Counted from the first letter of the stretch, positions 1 through 11,693 are shown. The stretch is DNA of 64,000 nucleotides from an uncultured Nitrososphaeraceae archaeon (GCA_963825865.1 CAWGVG010000022.1:1-64000), one strand, 5' to 3'. Notes: generated by a model from the sequence alone, not told the origin. Made by a program: numbers and translations.

Positions 1-294
1 AGATGATGGATATGATTATCATTCTTTTATGATCATCATTCTAATGAATAAAACCTGGTCATCGTCTTTTTTATAATATCCAAATTCTGTTCAGCTTCTA
101 TAATTACATTGTTGCTTTCGTATTTGACGTTTATAGATTCTGAGAACACTATGATATAATTGCGAAATGCTTAAACTCATTTGAAAATACTTTTGCTATT
201 TTTGTCTTGTTAGACGAATTCCACTTCTGAAATTCAGCGATGGAATTTGTGTCCTTGCTTATATGAAAACAAAACAGATAAGAGATCGACGCAC

Positions 295-994
295 ATGAAT
301 CGAAAAAAAAATAATAACTTCAAAACAAACACAGCTAATGGCTGTGGCAATCATAGCTGCATCAGTAGTAGCAGCAGCCATGATAATTGGCATCAACAAT
401 AGCCAAAACCTACAGAAAGTAATGGCACAAGAAGTCTACCCATTTGGAAAAAATACAGCAACAAAACAAATGAATACAAGACTGCATCAGCAGTAAGTAT
501 AGTAGTACTATGCAGCAGCAGTAAAAGCAATTAACCCAAACCAATCAACTAGCAAGGAATTCTGGATAAACACAGTACACCTTGATGGAATGACAAATAT
601 ACATGCTGGCGTAAAATGTGATACTTGCCCCCAGAATAGTCCACTACATCCACCAGAGAAGCCTCCTGTAAATTCAACTATACCAACTGGAGGAGGATTC
701 AGGATAACACCACCAAATAAAGTAGGAGCTTGGGACTTTAGATTATTTACATTCGCCCCAGATCAAATAGTCGTTAACCAAGGCGATAAAGTAACTCTCC
801 ATTTCATAGGAATACAAGGTGCACATCATGTCATTGATGTCCAAGGAGTCGATACCTTTGAACTTATGAGAGGACAAATCCATACTGTATCATTCACAGC
901 AAACAACCCTGGAACCATAACTTACATCTGCCACGTACATCTGCCAAACATGGTTGGCCAAATATTGGTGCTACCTAAAGAAGCAACAGTATGA
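295..994 (+). CDS. Secreted cupredoxin (type-1 blue copper) domain protein, N-terminal part frameshifted
   Basis: ORF 590-994 has F.P..I.V..GD.V, an upstream His (GAHHVI) and C-terminal YICHVHLPNMVG (Cys/His/Met ligands); hydrophobic signal-like stretch MAVAIIAASVVAAAMIIG from 338 in another frame. Confidence 0.8.
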
Positions 995-1178
995 ACATGA
1001 TAAGAACAAAGAGAACAGCTACAATAACTGATACTTGTTATGCGCAGAAGATAGCACATAACAAATATCTTCCTCAATTTTTTGTTTGTAACAACAATCT
1101 CATTTACTACCATCATATTTCGTTATTATTATCTATAGTAGTAGCATTACTTTGTGTGGAGGGATATAATGTATATGC

Positions 1179-1691
1179 ATGAGAATAGCTTGAATAGAAG
1201 AAATAGATTACACAGAAGGAGAAGTAGCAATAAGAATAAGATAATAGTTCTCATGGCAATATTCTTCCTGTCTGTTATCGGAACCATAGCCACCTACTCT
1301 ACCTTTGATCAAATCCAAGTATAGCAGCTGCTCAACAAGAAAATAATAATAACACTAAATTTCTTTCCTTATCTACTATCTCAACTGCTATAGGAACTGG
1401 AGCAGCGCTACTGGAGCTATAGTAACCGTACCAGGCTTTTTAAGAGGAAGAAAGCAGTCAAAATTTCTGGGTACATATTTATTAAAAATCCATAATAAAT
1501 ATGACGAACTCTGTAAAACGACAGGACCTACAAACACAAACAAAAATGAATATCTGGGCTTTTTGGATGCTTTACGTTGTGACATTATATATCTGTTGCA
1601 AAAGGGAAACATAAACGAAAATCAATATAAAATGCTTGATGATAGGATTACTGAGTATTTGCGTAAGACTACTACTGATTTAAATAATTAA
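1179..1691 (+). CDS. Hypothetical membrane protein, frameshifted
   Basis: Manual translation gives hydrophobic segments followed by VTVPGFLRGRKQSKFLGTYLLKIHNKYDE...YKMLDDRITEYL; not one ORF. Confidence 0.4.
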
Positions 1692-2368
1692 CAATAGTCC
1701 AAATAAATGAGTGTGGGTGCATAATTCCCAATTCATAATTTTTACCAATTTCATTTGATAATTTGGTATATAGCTAGCCTTAGGATGTCTGATGTTTTAT
1801 AGTAAATAACAATCAAATCCACCTACAGAAGGCTAGCTGCAACAAATGCTTCAGAATAACTCTAATTGGCATTCCCTGGTTGTGTGTTGGCAACGTTAGG
1901 CTGAAAAACATGGAAAGTCAATATTAAAGCCTATTAGCACTAACACTTCAGCAAATGGTACGCCTTCACTAGATGATGGATTATTACTTATGATAGTTTG
2001 GCCTTTCTCCCGCGTTTGAAGCAATTTATACTGCTCCTCTAAGTTGCTCTTCATGATGGCAATCATGGGATTGATTATGATCCTGCAAGTAATAGATACA
2101 CATTCTATGTCAAAACTTATTTTATCGAATTCAAGGCTGGAGTTAACAAATACATCCGTCATTTAGAGGACGGAACTGAGAACATATACCTCTTTGAAGA
2201 GTGCTTAATCGATAGACCAATGTTAATCTGACCTATAACTCAATTATCCGTTTCAACATAAAACAATGAAGAAATAAGCACCAAATACCAAATACCAAAT
2301 GGGAAATGAAATTAGAAACATCTGTAACCTGTAACTACCATATCTGCAAGCTCTTTCAATAGTTGTTA

Positions 2369-3395
2369 TCATCTTTGATATTCACTTAATCTATAGAAGT
2401 GCATCGCCAGCCTAAAAGCGTCAAACACATCATCATATGATGTGGCTTCCTTGTTCAATACAGCATCATTTTCCACTGCCGTTCCGAGTGATGTTATCAG
2501 CTTGTCAAATTTTGGATTTATTGCAATATATCCCCCTTCTCTTTAAGAACATTTTGCAATTCCCCAGCATGGACTTGTGCTCAGTTGAAAAGTTTACGGG
2601 GATGACATCCATGCTAAACTCATAATTTCTCTTTCTGCTCTTTGCTTCCTTTTATCTCCTCATATTCTTCGTCTTCTCCTATCTGTATCTCAGAGCCCGT
2701 ATGAATGAGGGGTTGGAGCCATCGATGTATATTTTGTTTATTTTGCCAAACCTCCTGAAGAGGTCCCACACAACAGATAACATCTGGTTAAAGTCAGGCC
2801 TCTGGTATTCCTTGGCGTGCATTATCTTTTGGTTTTCGAATCGCTCGTAATCACAATTCCAAAGGCAGATGACCCAAAGGCCGGTCTATGCCCATTGATT
2901 TCTGGGAGTAGTCGTTTATCTCAGACGGGCTGTATCCGTGCTTTCTGTATCGCTGCTTCAATATCTTTGGTATGGAAGACATTTCCAATAAGTCCCAGGT
3001 ATTTTAAATTGTATTCCCTTTCAAAGGATGGCGAGGCCTTGGCCTTGTCTATCTCCTCTTGAGTGTATATCTTGTCAAGGCCATAACTATAATCTAAGAG
3101 CAATCTTTTGTATATGCAGGCTCTCATCTTCTTTCTATATGTTCAAACAAGCCGTCGGGAGCAATTGCGTTGAAACCATAACAATGTAAGGGTCTGATTT
3201 TGCAATGTATCTTTCCGATACATCTCTAACATCTTCTTGTTCTCCTTTTCTAAAGAAATCGGCTTCGTCTAGCAATATGAACTGGGATTATCGAAGACTC
3301 TGTAAGCATCTATGTGGTTAGAAGGATATGCTTCAATTCTGCAGCCATTGAGCTCGAATACCGTTTCCTTATTGGCAAAGGTTAAAACCCAGTTT
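2369..3395 (-). pseudogene. Terminase large subunit (viral DNA-packaging ATPase/nuclease), 5'-truncated, several frameshifts
   Basis: Reverse-strand reading across frames: ELNGCRIEAYPSNH, Walker B FILLDEADFF, coupling motif IVMVST, SFEREYNLKY, nuclease MGID, IYIDGSNP, terminal YDDVFDAFRLA. Confidence 0.75.
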
Positions 3396-3474
3396 CGCTC
3401 CGTGATTCCTCAGATCAAGCTAGAAAGTTCCGAGCGATGGTTTATGAGGAGCAACTGCACTGTAAACTACCACT

Positions 3475-5152
3475 ATGAGCAACACACCCAAGGGACTTCC
3501 GCTAACCAGATCTCATATCGAGCAAATATTTCCGAAATTAACGCCAGCACAGATTCGTCGCATTGCAGCGCGCGGGCAAATGCGTGCGATGGAGCGTGGC
3601 GAAGATACTTTACGAGCAGGGAGACAGCGGCGTGCCGTTTTTTGTGGTTGTCTCCGGCGAGCTTGAGGTTGTGCGCCCTTTGGTGCCCTGTTGAGACCCT
3701 TGTCACCGTACATGGTCCTGGTCAGTTCACGGGCGAGGTCGGCACGCTCTCCGGCCGACCGACTCTCTTTCGCGTGCGTTCCACTAAGCCGGGTAAGGTG
3801 ATCGAACTGGATCGGCAACATATGCTGGCTTTGGTCCAGAGCGATGCTGAGCTCGGTCAGATCCTGACGCGGGCTTTCATTCTCCGCAGGGTTGAGTTGG
3901 TGGCGGCTGGCGTGGGAGATGTTGTGCTCATCGGGTCAACGAATTCGGCCGGTACGCTTCGGATCAAAGAGTTCCTGATGCGCAACGGACACCCCTACTC
4001 CTACATAGACCTCGAACGCGACCCTGACGTACAGAACCTATTGGATAGTTTCCATCTCGCAGCCAGCGAGATACCCGTGGTGATCTGCCGAGGTAAGGTT
4101 GTGCTTCGGAATCCCAGTAACCAGCAAATCGCAGACTGCCTCGGCTTCAATGAATCTATTGACCAAACCCAGGTGCGCGATCTCGTCATCATCGGCGCCG
4201 GTCCCTCGGGGTTGGCTGCGGCAGTGTATGGTGCTTCAGAAGGGCTTGACGTTCTGATGCTGGAAACGAGTTCGCCTGGAGGCCAGGCAGGTTCAAGCTC
4301 AAAAATCGAAAATTACTTGGGATTTCCCACAGGTATCTCTGGCCAGGAGCTTGCAGGTCGGGCGTACAACCAGGCGCAGAAGTTCGGCGCAGAGATGCTC
4401 ATCGCCAAGGGTACGCGACTCGTCTGCGACAGCAAACCGTACGTTGTCGAAGTCGAGAATGGAGCTCGAATTCCTGCACGCACTATCGTGATTGCAACCG
4501 GGGCTGAGTATCGAAGGCCGCCATGCAAAAACTTGTCGCGCTTTGAAGGTGCGGGCGTATATTACGGCGCGACATTTGTGGAAGCGCAGTTGTGTGGCGG
4601 AGAAGAGGTGATTGTGGTTGGTGGAGGAAACTCAGCCGGTCAGGCTGCCGTGTTTCTGGCTGAAACTACAAAGCGCGTGCACATGCTCGTCAGGTCTGCC
4701 GGTTTAGTCGAGAGCATGTCGCGCTATCTGATTCGTCGGATCGAAGAGACTGCTACGATAGTATTACGGCCGTACACAGAGATCGTGGCGGTCGAAGGGG
4801 ACGATCATCTCGAATTCGTTCGCTGGCGAAACAATCAAACGGGACAGACTGAGGAGCATAACATCAGCCACGTATTCGTCATGACGGGTGCCGATCCGAA
4901 CACCCGTTGGCTCGATGGCTGCGTTGCACTCGATGCTAAAGGCTTCATAAAGACGGGTCCCGATCTATCGCCAGAAAATCTGAGCTGCTGCAGGATGGCG
5001 CCTTGCCCGTCATCCGTATTTGCTCGAAACCAGTTTGCCAGGTGTTTTCGCAGTGGGCGACGTGCGCGGTGGTAGCATCAAGCGTGTTGCGTCCGCCGTG
5101 GGCGAAGGATCAATTGCGATCTCATTTGTTCATAAAGTACCTCCAGGAATAG
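3475..5152 (+). CDS. cNMP-binding domain plus thioredoxin-reductase-like FAD oxidoreductase (bacterial type), frameshifts near both ends
   Basis: GPGQFTGE cNMP fold; IIGAGPSGLAAAVY, GGQAGSSSKIENYLGFPTGISG, VGGGNSAGQAA, GVFAVGDVR...KRVASAVGEG; true start probably ATG 3475 (MSNTPKG). Confidence 0.85.
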
Positions 5153-5276
5153 GAAACAGATCGAACCAATCAAAGCATACTTGTATGTAAGGTAATGTTG
5201 AAACTTCATTTGGTGTTTTACATTGGAAAAAAACTTCAGCATTGCAATATCCTCTTTGGAAGGAAGTGGAGTGCGG

Positions 5277-5639
5277 TTAGCCGGCGGTTGGATGTGGAGA
5301 GCCTAAATAAGGGGACGTTGCAAGCAGGTCTTGATGGGGGCCTACTTTGTCCGTAGTCACTCGTCCATTCGTTAAGACGGCCAGTTGGATATCGATAATA
5401 TCGTCAGTTAGCTTCCGACCATTACGATAGCCTTCGGAACTAGAGTAATCGTAGTCTAGGATATCTGGCAGAAGGCTGAGAGCTGTCTGCTGAGCACTCT
5501 CGGGGTTATGTCCAAACGACTCTAAGAGATCAGCAAACTTCTTGGTAAAGAGTTCCCGGTCGCGTGTTGGCTCAATGCGATTAAACGTGTCCTTATCCTC
5601 TGCCCTAGTAAAGGCTACGTTAACAAATGGACGTCCCAT
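5277..5639 (-). pseudogene. DUF4331-family protein, C-terminal fragment
   Basis: MGRP.VN, LLPDILDYD, NGRKLTDDIID and PYLGSPH are typical of the DUF4331 C-terminus; no N-terminal half upstream. Confidence 0.65.
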
Positions 5640-6314
5640 TCAGTCAATTTGGAAAAAGGGATTTCCATCTTTGGGAATCAGAACCCGGTACTTACTATGT
5701 TTCTTATCTATAGTAACAAGTACATTGCCTTATGTTTTTCTAATTCAAATCCAAACTCAATTTATCATATAGTTTGACAAGATTTTGGATGGTTGTCAAC
5801 CGAATACCTCTGAAATCCCTTCTAAGATATTCCCTTTAGTTCCTTTGGATATATTGAACGGAAAACCGTTGATTAGGGTACCATGGGAAAATGAAACCGT
5901 ATGACAAACATAAAAAGGGTTTCAGATATCTCTGATTAGAAAACAAACTGATATCGCATAAAAGTGGTGGAGAAGCAGGCATCCATACTGAATATGAAGG
6001 ATAGCAATCAGGATCTGGTGGTGGTGTTGAAGGTTCCGGTTGTCTTACTGCCATCTGATTCGTTATCTTATTAGAAATCGTCTGTGTAGGTATTAGTTGA
6101 CTTGTTACTACAACATATTGGTCAACGATAAGATATCCTCCTCCGGACAGTAAGACAGACAGTAATGATTATGTCAAGCTCCTGATTAACTCCAAACGAA
6201 AGCAAAGACATAACAAATAAGCCTTGCGAAATCTCGTTGTTTTACTACTGTCAAATCTGGAGTTGAATATAATAATAATGATGCGATGATTGATGGTGAC
6301 TGAACTCGCTATCT

Positions 6315-7293
6315 CTACAGCTGACCGATCAAATGCACAAGTCGTGACTGTTCATTATCGGCATCCGTTATAGGCACTAGGCCTACATATAGCTCATTTA
6401 AACCTGAGCCAGAAGTTCAGTAAACCGTGCAGCCACTGTTGCTTCATTTCCGGATACTATCAAACTGTCTATAAGCGATTCAGATATCATTTGACCGGCT
6501 GTTAATGGAAAACCTGCATCAGCAAACATTTTAGCATAAAAAGGAAACTTCGCGTACATATCAAGCAGTTGATGTCCTGCAGCAAGTACAGAATCACGAT
6601 CCTGACTAAGCGCCACTGAAACATGTGCCACCAATGGAGGAGCTGATCTTCCAACTGCAGAGCCTGCTGCTGTGTGTAACGTCGGAATTGCAGTTCGGAT
6701 CAAATACGGAACTGGACACATAAATGAAAGTGCTCCATCAGCGATTTCTCCAGCCAGTTGAAATGCTTTCTTTCCTAATGTTGAAATTAACACTGGAATC
6801 TGCGACGTATGTGGGAATGTCACTTTAACATTAAAGAACTGTCCATGATGATCTACTTTGCCTTCCCATAACATGTACGTAGCACATTTACATATTCGCG
6901 CAGGTGAGCTAACGGCGTTGTCTGTGGTAAGCCATAGATGCCCTCTATAATAGACTGATGACTGGGACCTATCCCAAGGCGCAAACGACCTGGTGCAATA
7001 TCATATAGAGACCGAGCCTGCTGTGCCAGAACGAGTGGATGACGTGGATAGGTTGGCACAATGGACGTTCCTAAGCGTATTGTAGATGTTTTTGTTGTTG
7101 CTGCTGCAAATGTAGTCAATATGTCTGGCGACCAAGGTGATTGTACTATCCATATTTGCCGTACTCCGGCAGCTTCTACTGCGGCAATAGTTTTTACTGC
7201 AGCCGCCGCATTCGTGCCATCCACGACAAGTCCAACGCGTTCTCGTGTTGGCCGCAGACTCGAGGGAACTTGAAAACCCGAATCTTTTGTCAC
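6315..7293 (-). CDS. LLM-class flavin/F420-dependent oxidoreductase, frameshifted
   Basis: IRLGTSIVPTYPRHPLVLAQQA, GRLRLGIGPSH, LAGEIADG in consecutive ORFs 6853-7347 and 6398-6874. Confidence 0.85.
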
Positions 7294-7399
7294 ATTTTCA
7301 CCTTTAGCTGTAGCCGGTCTGAGTAGGATTTCATCTTGAAGCTTCACTCAAAATCTACTATTTTAACATTAAAACAGCCCAGCTGGTTTTTTCATTTAA

Positions 7400-8559
7400 T
7401 AGCTCAGCTGCCTAGTGGTTCACGTTCATTAAATATCTGTGCAAAATGCTTGTTTGCAGTACAGTATTTACCACAAGGAGTTATTCTAATCAAAGGACTT
7501 TTAACAGTATTTCAATCAACATCGACAACATTCTGGTATCAATGGGTAAAGGATCTAGTGAATAAAATTAGCAATGGACTTTCTGCAAGCAGTGAGGATA
7601 AAATTGAGACTATAGGAAAAAAAGAAGTTAATGGCGTAGCTGTTGATACATTGCTTGCAATTATGAAAATGGGGATAAGAGTTAATCCCAATACTTCTTT
7701 GACTATGTGGCTATTATCAAATCTTGGAAATAAAGCAGATTGCCAACTAGATACAATTCCTAACTTCTCGTTAAACTTTCTGCATAAAGCTGCAAAATAT
7801 GGACTTGATAACGACATCAGAGAATTAACCGTTAAGGACAAATCTTATAATTATTCCTTCCTTAACTGCATTACCAAAAAGCTAGATTACCTTCCTTTAT
7901 ACCCGTCAAAGAAGTTTAGCAACGAGGGCGCTTCCTCTGAACTCTTCTTATTATATCAAACGCATATACGAAACTATCCAGCTAAAACACTTCATACTGC
8001 CTACAAAATAGCACAGTATGTAAACTCTAAGGTTGATCCTGAAAAGCATAAGGGCCTAGGCATAGATATTCATAAAGAAATTAAAAAGCAAAATACTGTT
8101 AAGCAGAGGATTATTGAAATGGCTGAAGAAGGAAGCATTACATTTGATGAATATTATAATCTCTTCGTTGTCTCTCATCTGGGTAATCCTTGGCAACTCA
8201 TAAGGTATTATATGCTCTCTGATATTGCAGGTTTTAAGACTATTGAGGAAGCAGATAATGACAAGTTAAACAATAATCAAGAGTTTAAGAATAGAGTTAT
8301 CACCATAGGAACTGCAATCTTTAACTCATACATTGAGAGAAGAGGAAGAGAGAGGCTTATTAGGGGCGTGCTAGGTGGGTTGGCTCATGGACGCATACAT
8401 GCAAATTGGTTGAGAAATCAATTCAAAAGACTAGCGGAAGAAAACGAGGACTTTGACTATAATGCTAGTTGGAAAGCACTCTGCATAAACAAGCAAGGCG
8501 AGGAGTCTGTATATGAAGTTCTATATCTCTTCAGACTTCTATTTACAACATTACTATAG
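7400..8559 (+). CDS. cas8: CRISPR-associated Cas8 large subunit (Cst1/CXXC-CXXC, Cas8a1/Cas8b1 family), N-terminally truncated
   Basis: LPSGSRSLNICAKCLFAVQYLPQGVILIKGLLTVFQS resembles the Cst1 second-CxxC region; SLTMWLLSNLGNKADCQLDTIPNFSLNFL resembles its conserved middle block; CRISPR repeats start about 35 bp downstream. Recognised by eye, no HMM run. Confidence 0.7.
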
Positions 8560-8592
8560 TACAGACTTGAACATTTACAGTGAGTGACGAAA

Positions 8593-8753
8593 TAAGTATA
8601 TAGTACAATCGACGATTTAAACGTCGATTCTAATTATATCCTGTCTTGTATTTCCGTGGTTCTAAACTATTATAGTACGATTTAAACTAATGGCTACTAT
8701 GACAATATAGAGCAGTATGGCGCGTTTCTACACTATTATAGTACGATTTAAAC
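8593..8753 (-). CRISPR. CRISPR mini-array: 2 intact 30-bp repeats plus 1 degenerate repeat, 2 spacers (35 and 36 bp)
   Basis: GTTTCTACACTATTATAGTACGATTTAAAC at 8724-8753; 28/30 copy at 8658-8687; degenerate copy ending ACGATTTAAAC at 8622; spacers 8623-8657 and 8688-8723. Orientation inferred from leftward decay and the GTTTAAATC...GAAAC reading on the minus strand. Confidence 0.8.
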
Positions 8754-9071
8754 AAACGTGTGTATTTCCATCGTGGGAAGAAGGTAATAAAAAAGAAGCT
8801 GTAAAATGAGATAATGGTTTGGATACTATTCAGGACATTAACAGCATATAGAGGATAGCATAATACTTTTCTTTCCCTTGCTATACCATGTTGATGCGTA
8901 TCGATACATATGTAATTTAGTATCATAGTAATTATAATTATTTATTGAGTTGGTACTACGTGGCCTTATCCAATATCCATTCTTTTACTATTTAATTAAG
9001 ATCATAATTTTCACTCATATGCTATCGATGACAAGGCTTATAAAAAAGAGAACATCCTATAGGTAGGAAGA

Positions 9072-9413
9072 ATGGCAAGTACAATATTCAGAGTGCAGTC
9101 ACACAAATTTAGCCAAGACAACATTCAGACAACTCTGGTATGTTCAAAGTGCGATGAGGTATTCTCTAAGGAATTTCCTTTAGACCTTGAAGGTCAGACT
9201 ATAGAATTTAAATGCCCAGTCTGTGGAGCATCTGGTGAAGCCGATCTTCCATATAAAAGCGCCGAAGAAAGAGAGGAGTTTGAAGAGGACTTTGAGGAAG
9301 CAGAGGAAGAAGAAGGCGGAGAAGAGTTCGAAGAAGAGTACATAGTTATGGTTTTTCTATATATGATGAAGGGTATTATTTCTAGACATGTGGCAATAAA
9401 CGATTTACTATGA
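9072..9413 (+). CDS. Small Zn-ribbon protein with a highly acidic C-terminal tract
   Basis: CSKC...CPVC followed by EEREEFEEDFEEAEEEEGGEEFEEEY. Confidence 0.65.
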   Translation: MASTIFRVQSHKFSQDNIQTTLVCSKCDEVFSKEFPLDLEGQTIEFKCPVCGASGEADLPYKSAEEREEFEEDFEEAEEEEGGEEFEEEYIVMVFLYMMKGIISRHVAINDLL

Positions 9414-10356
9414 TTTTTGATAATGTTTGATTTGCCTGACTACATTGCTAGTTATTTAATAAGGTCATACCTTATAGAACAACTTCTTTATTAGAATATA
9501 ATATATGATCTCACTGAGAATATGACTTATCGTAATTTTATAATACATGGATAATAAAAAAGCATAAAGATAAATATTGAAATTCATCTTGAATGAAAAT
9601 TGTGGTTAATATGTTTGAGCATTTACTCCTATATTGTTATTATTTTTCAAACTCATGTTTTAAGTAAGTTCACCGGCAAGATCTCTCACCAAATCATATT
9701 CCATCACTAGTGATTTTTGTAGGTAAACGGTTGTAATACGTATGCTATTGATAAAGGCTTAGCCACTTTTATATCCGATTTAGATAATATCACTTCTGAA
9801 TTATTTTGCAGTATCGAATGTTGAGATTTACAGTCTATATTCCAAACTGAAGTTGTAGTTGTTTTGTCGACGACAACTATTTTCAGAGACGACCGCTGTT
9901 ACTAAATTTAGATTTACCAAGATCATAATCATTCTTCTAATTCTATAAAAAAAGCATTCTTTACTCTTACTTTATTATGGAGACTGTTCTTGTGTATTGC
10001 AAATATGATTTCGATAATGCCTCTTTGAAATCTGTATGGTGAGTAGGAAAGTGATATCCTGTTTCCCGGAACAAACGCTTGAGTATTACGATATGAAAAT
10101 ATATAAGAATATTCCAATATGGACAGCCTCATAACGCGCATCCGAAATTAGCTTCTTGTTTAAGCTGTTTTTGAATTGGTATTGGAACATTTCTTCCATT
10201 AGATGACATTCAGAGACAGCTTCCGATAATGTATTAATAAAATGACTTCGATTTGGCTGACTCTTTAATACCATAATTTATGTTGTAAAGTTGTTCAATA
10301 TCAATAATAATAAAAAATCAAGTAGCTGCTCTAAAGAATAAAGGCAACAGCTACTG

Positions 10357-10605
10357 CTACTTTTTCTTCCCCTTTACAGTTTTCCTTGCCTTACTTTTTG
10401 TTCCAGGCTTTAGTGCAACCTTTGCCTTGCCCTTAGATTTTACTACGCTTCCTCCTCCTTCACCGCCGCCGATCTTGAACATGTTAGTTCCACATGTGGT
10501 GCATGTTCCAGATAGAGCTTTCCTACCATTTTTCATAGTTACCTGTTTTTCACCTTTCATTTCCCTCTTTGATTTACATTTTACACAATATGCTTGTGTA
10601 GCCAT
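10357..10605 (-). CDS. DUF5679-type Zn-ribbon protein with Lys-rich tail
   Basis: AYCVKCKSKREMK...KNGRKALSGTCTTCGTNMFKIG. Confidence 0.8.
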   Translation of the reverse strand: MATQAYCVKCKSKREMKGEKQVTMKNGRKALSGTCTTCGTNMFKIGGGEGGGSVVKSKGKAKVALKPGTKSKARKTVKGKKK

Positions 10606-11078
10606 TACTTTCACATTAGCTAAATCTAACTCCCTCTTAAAGTTATATTAAATATAGACCTACGGAGAATTCTATAACGCATATATATAATACAGAGCCT
10701 GTACAATCCTTAAATGATTCTTATATTCTATATATTATCAATAATTATATATGTTAATTCAATAGTTTGCCACAAAATGAAATAATAATGCCAAAATTAC
10801 AGATAAAATACAAGTTAAATAAATTACTAGGTTACGGGCTTAATTTAAGTCGGTTCATCAAATAACTTCTGCTAAACACAAAATTTATAATTTTTTTGTG
10901 GATTCTTCTCCTAACGAGTGTACTTTTCAAAACTATATAGTTTAAATCAATAATTTGAACTAAGTATTGTCTTTTATGCTAAAACACCTTTAACCACCTT
11001 AAGACCTTGACAATAAGAATTACCAGAAATCCAAATATTAGTGCACATTAAATAACTATCTTGTGGTTGAGAAAAATA

Positions 11079-11381
11079 ATGGCTGAAGATACATCATCAA
11101 CAGCTTCGAACACTATTCCATTTCCTACCTTGACTATTTTATATTTGCCAGCACAGGCAGAGGGCATAATAGAAGAAGTGAGCCAGAAATATTCGAATAT
11201 AACGGTAGAGGACTGCAAAGGATTTTTTCACAACGGGGTACAAAGAGAGTATAAAAAGGTAACTATCTGGAGTCAGGGAATTGATAGTTTGTGGTTTAAT
11301 GCGATCATTGCTAGCATTAAGGAACGTGCCAGTGTAGAATTTGTACCAATAGTATCAGGCGGAGTAATGTATTCTGTTTAG
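11079..11381 (+). CDS. Hypothetical protein
   Basis: Clean ORF of about 100 aa with normal composition. Confidence 0.45.
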   Translation: MAEDTSSTASNTIPFPTLTILYLPAQAEGIIEEVSQKYSNITVEDCKGFFHNGVQREYKKVTIWSQGIDSLWFNAIIASIKERASVEFVPIVSGGVMYSV

Positions 11382-11693
11382 ACTAAATGTTTTTGATCGA
11401 CCTTTCCATCATTCATATCTATCAATATTATACTCATTTATTTGTACTAACTGAATATCATCAATATAACATGATTAATCTTTTAGAACATATAACGAGC
11501 GCTATATGGGCACAAGATATGGAGTAAATCGAAGGAAACTGATTATTTTATGATTTATTTATTCGTTTTTTTGTAACTATGACTACTATAAAGCATATAT
11601 TTATATTCGAATGAGTATATAGACCGCATAGAAATCCGGCGGGTTATATTCAAACATCACGAGGTTGTTGTTGAGTTTGTTATCTCAAATGAA

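Noticed and set aside
3312-3474. N-terminal part of the 587-aa ORF as listed in the track
   Set aside because: It is the antisense of the terminase relic plus an off-frame stretch; the real gene probably starts at 3475
5836-6054. Pro-rich ORF resembling an excalibur-like Ca-binding domain
   Set aside because: Only PDPDCYPSY is suggestive; the remaining motif is absent
7336-7400. Listed TTG start of the 407-aa ORF
   Set aside because: Overlaps the upstream region of the divergent LLM gene and shows no Cas8-like sequence; treated as a truncation junction
8817-8842. GTTTGGATACTATTCAGGACATTAAC as a fourth CRISPR repeat
   Set aside because: Only loose similarity with gaps, and the 63-bp distance from the last repeat does not fit the 35-36 bp spacing
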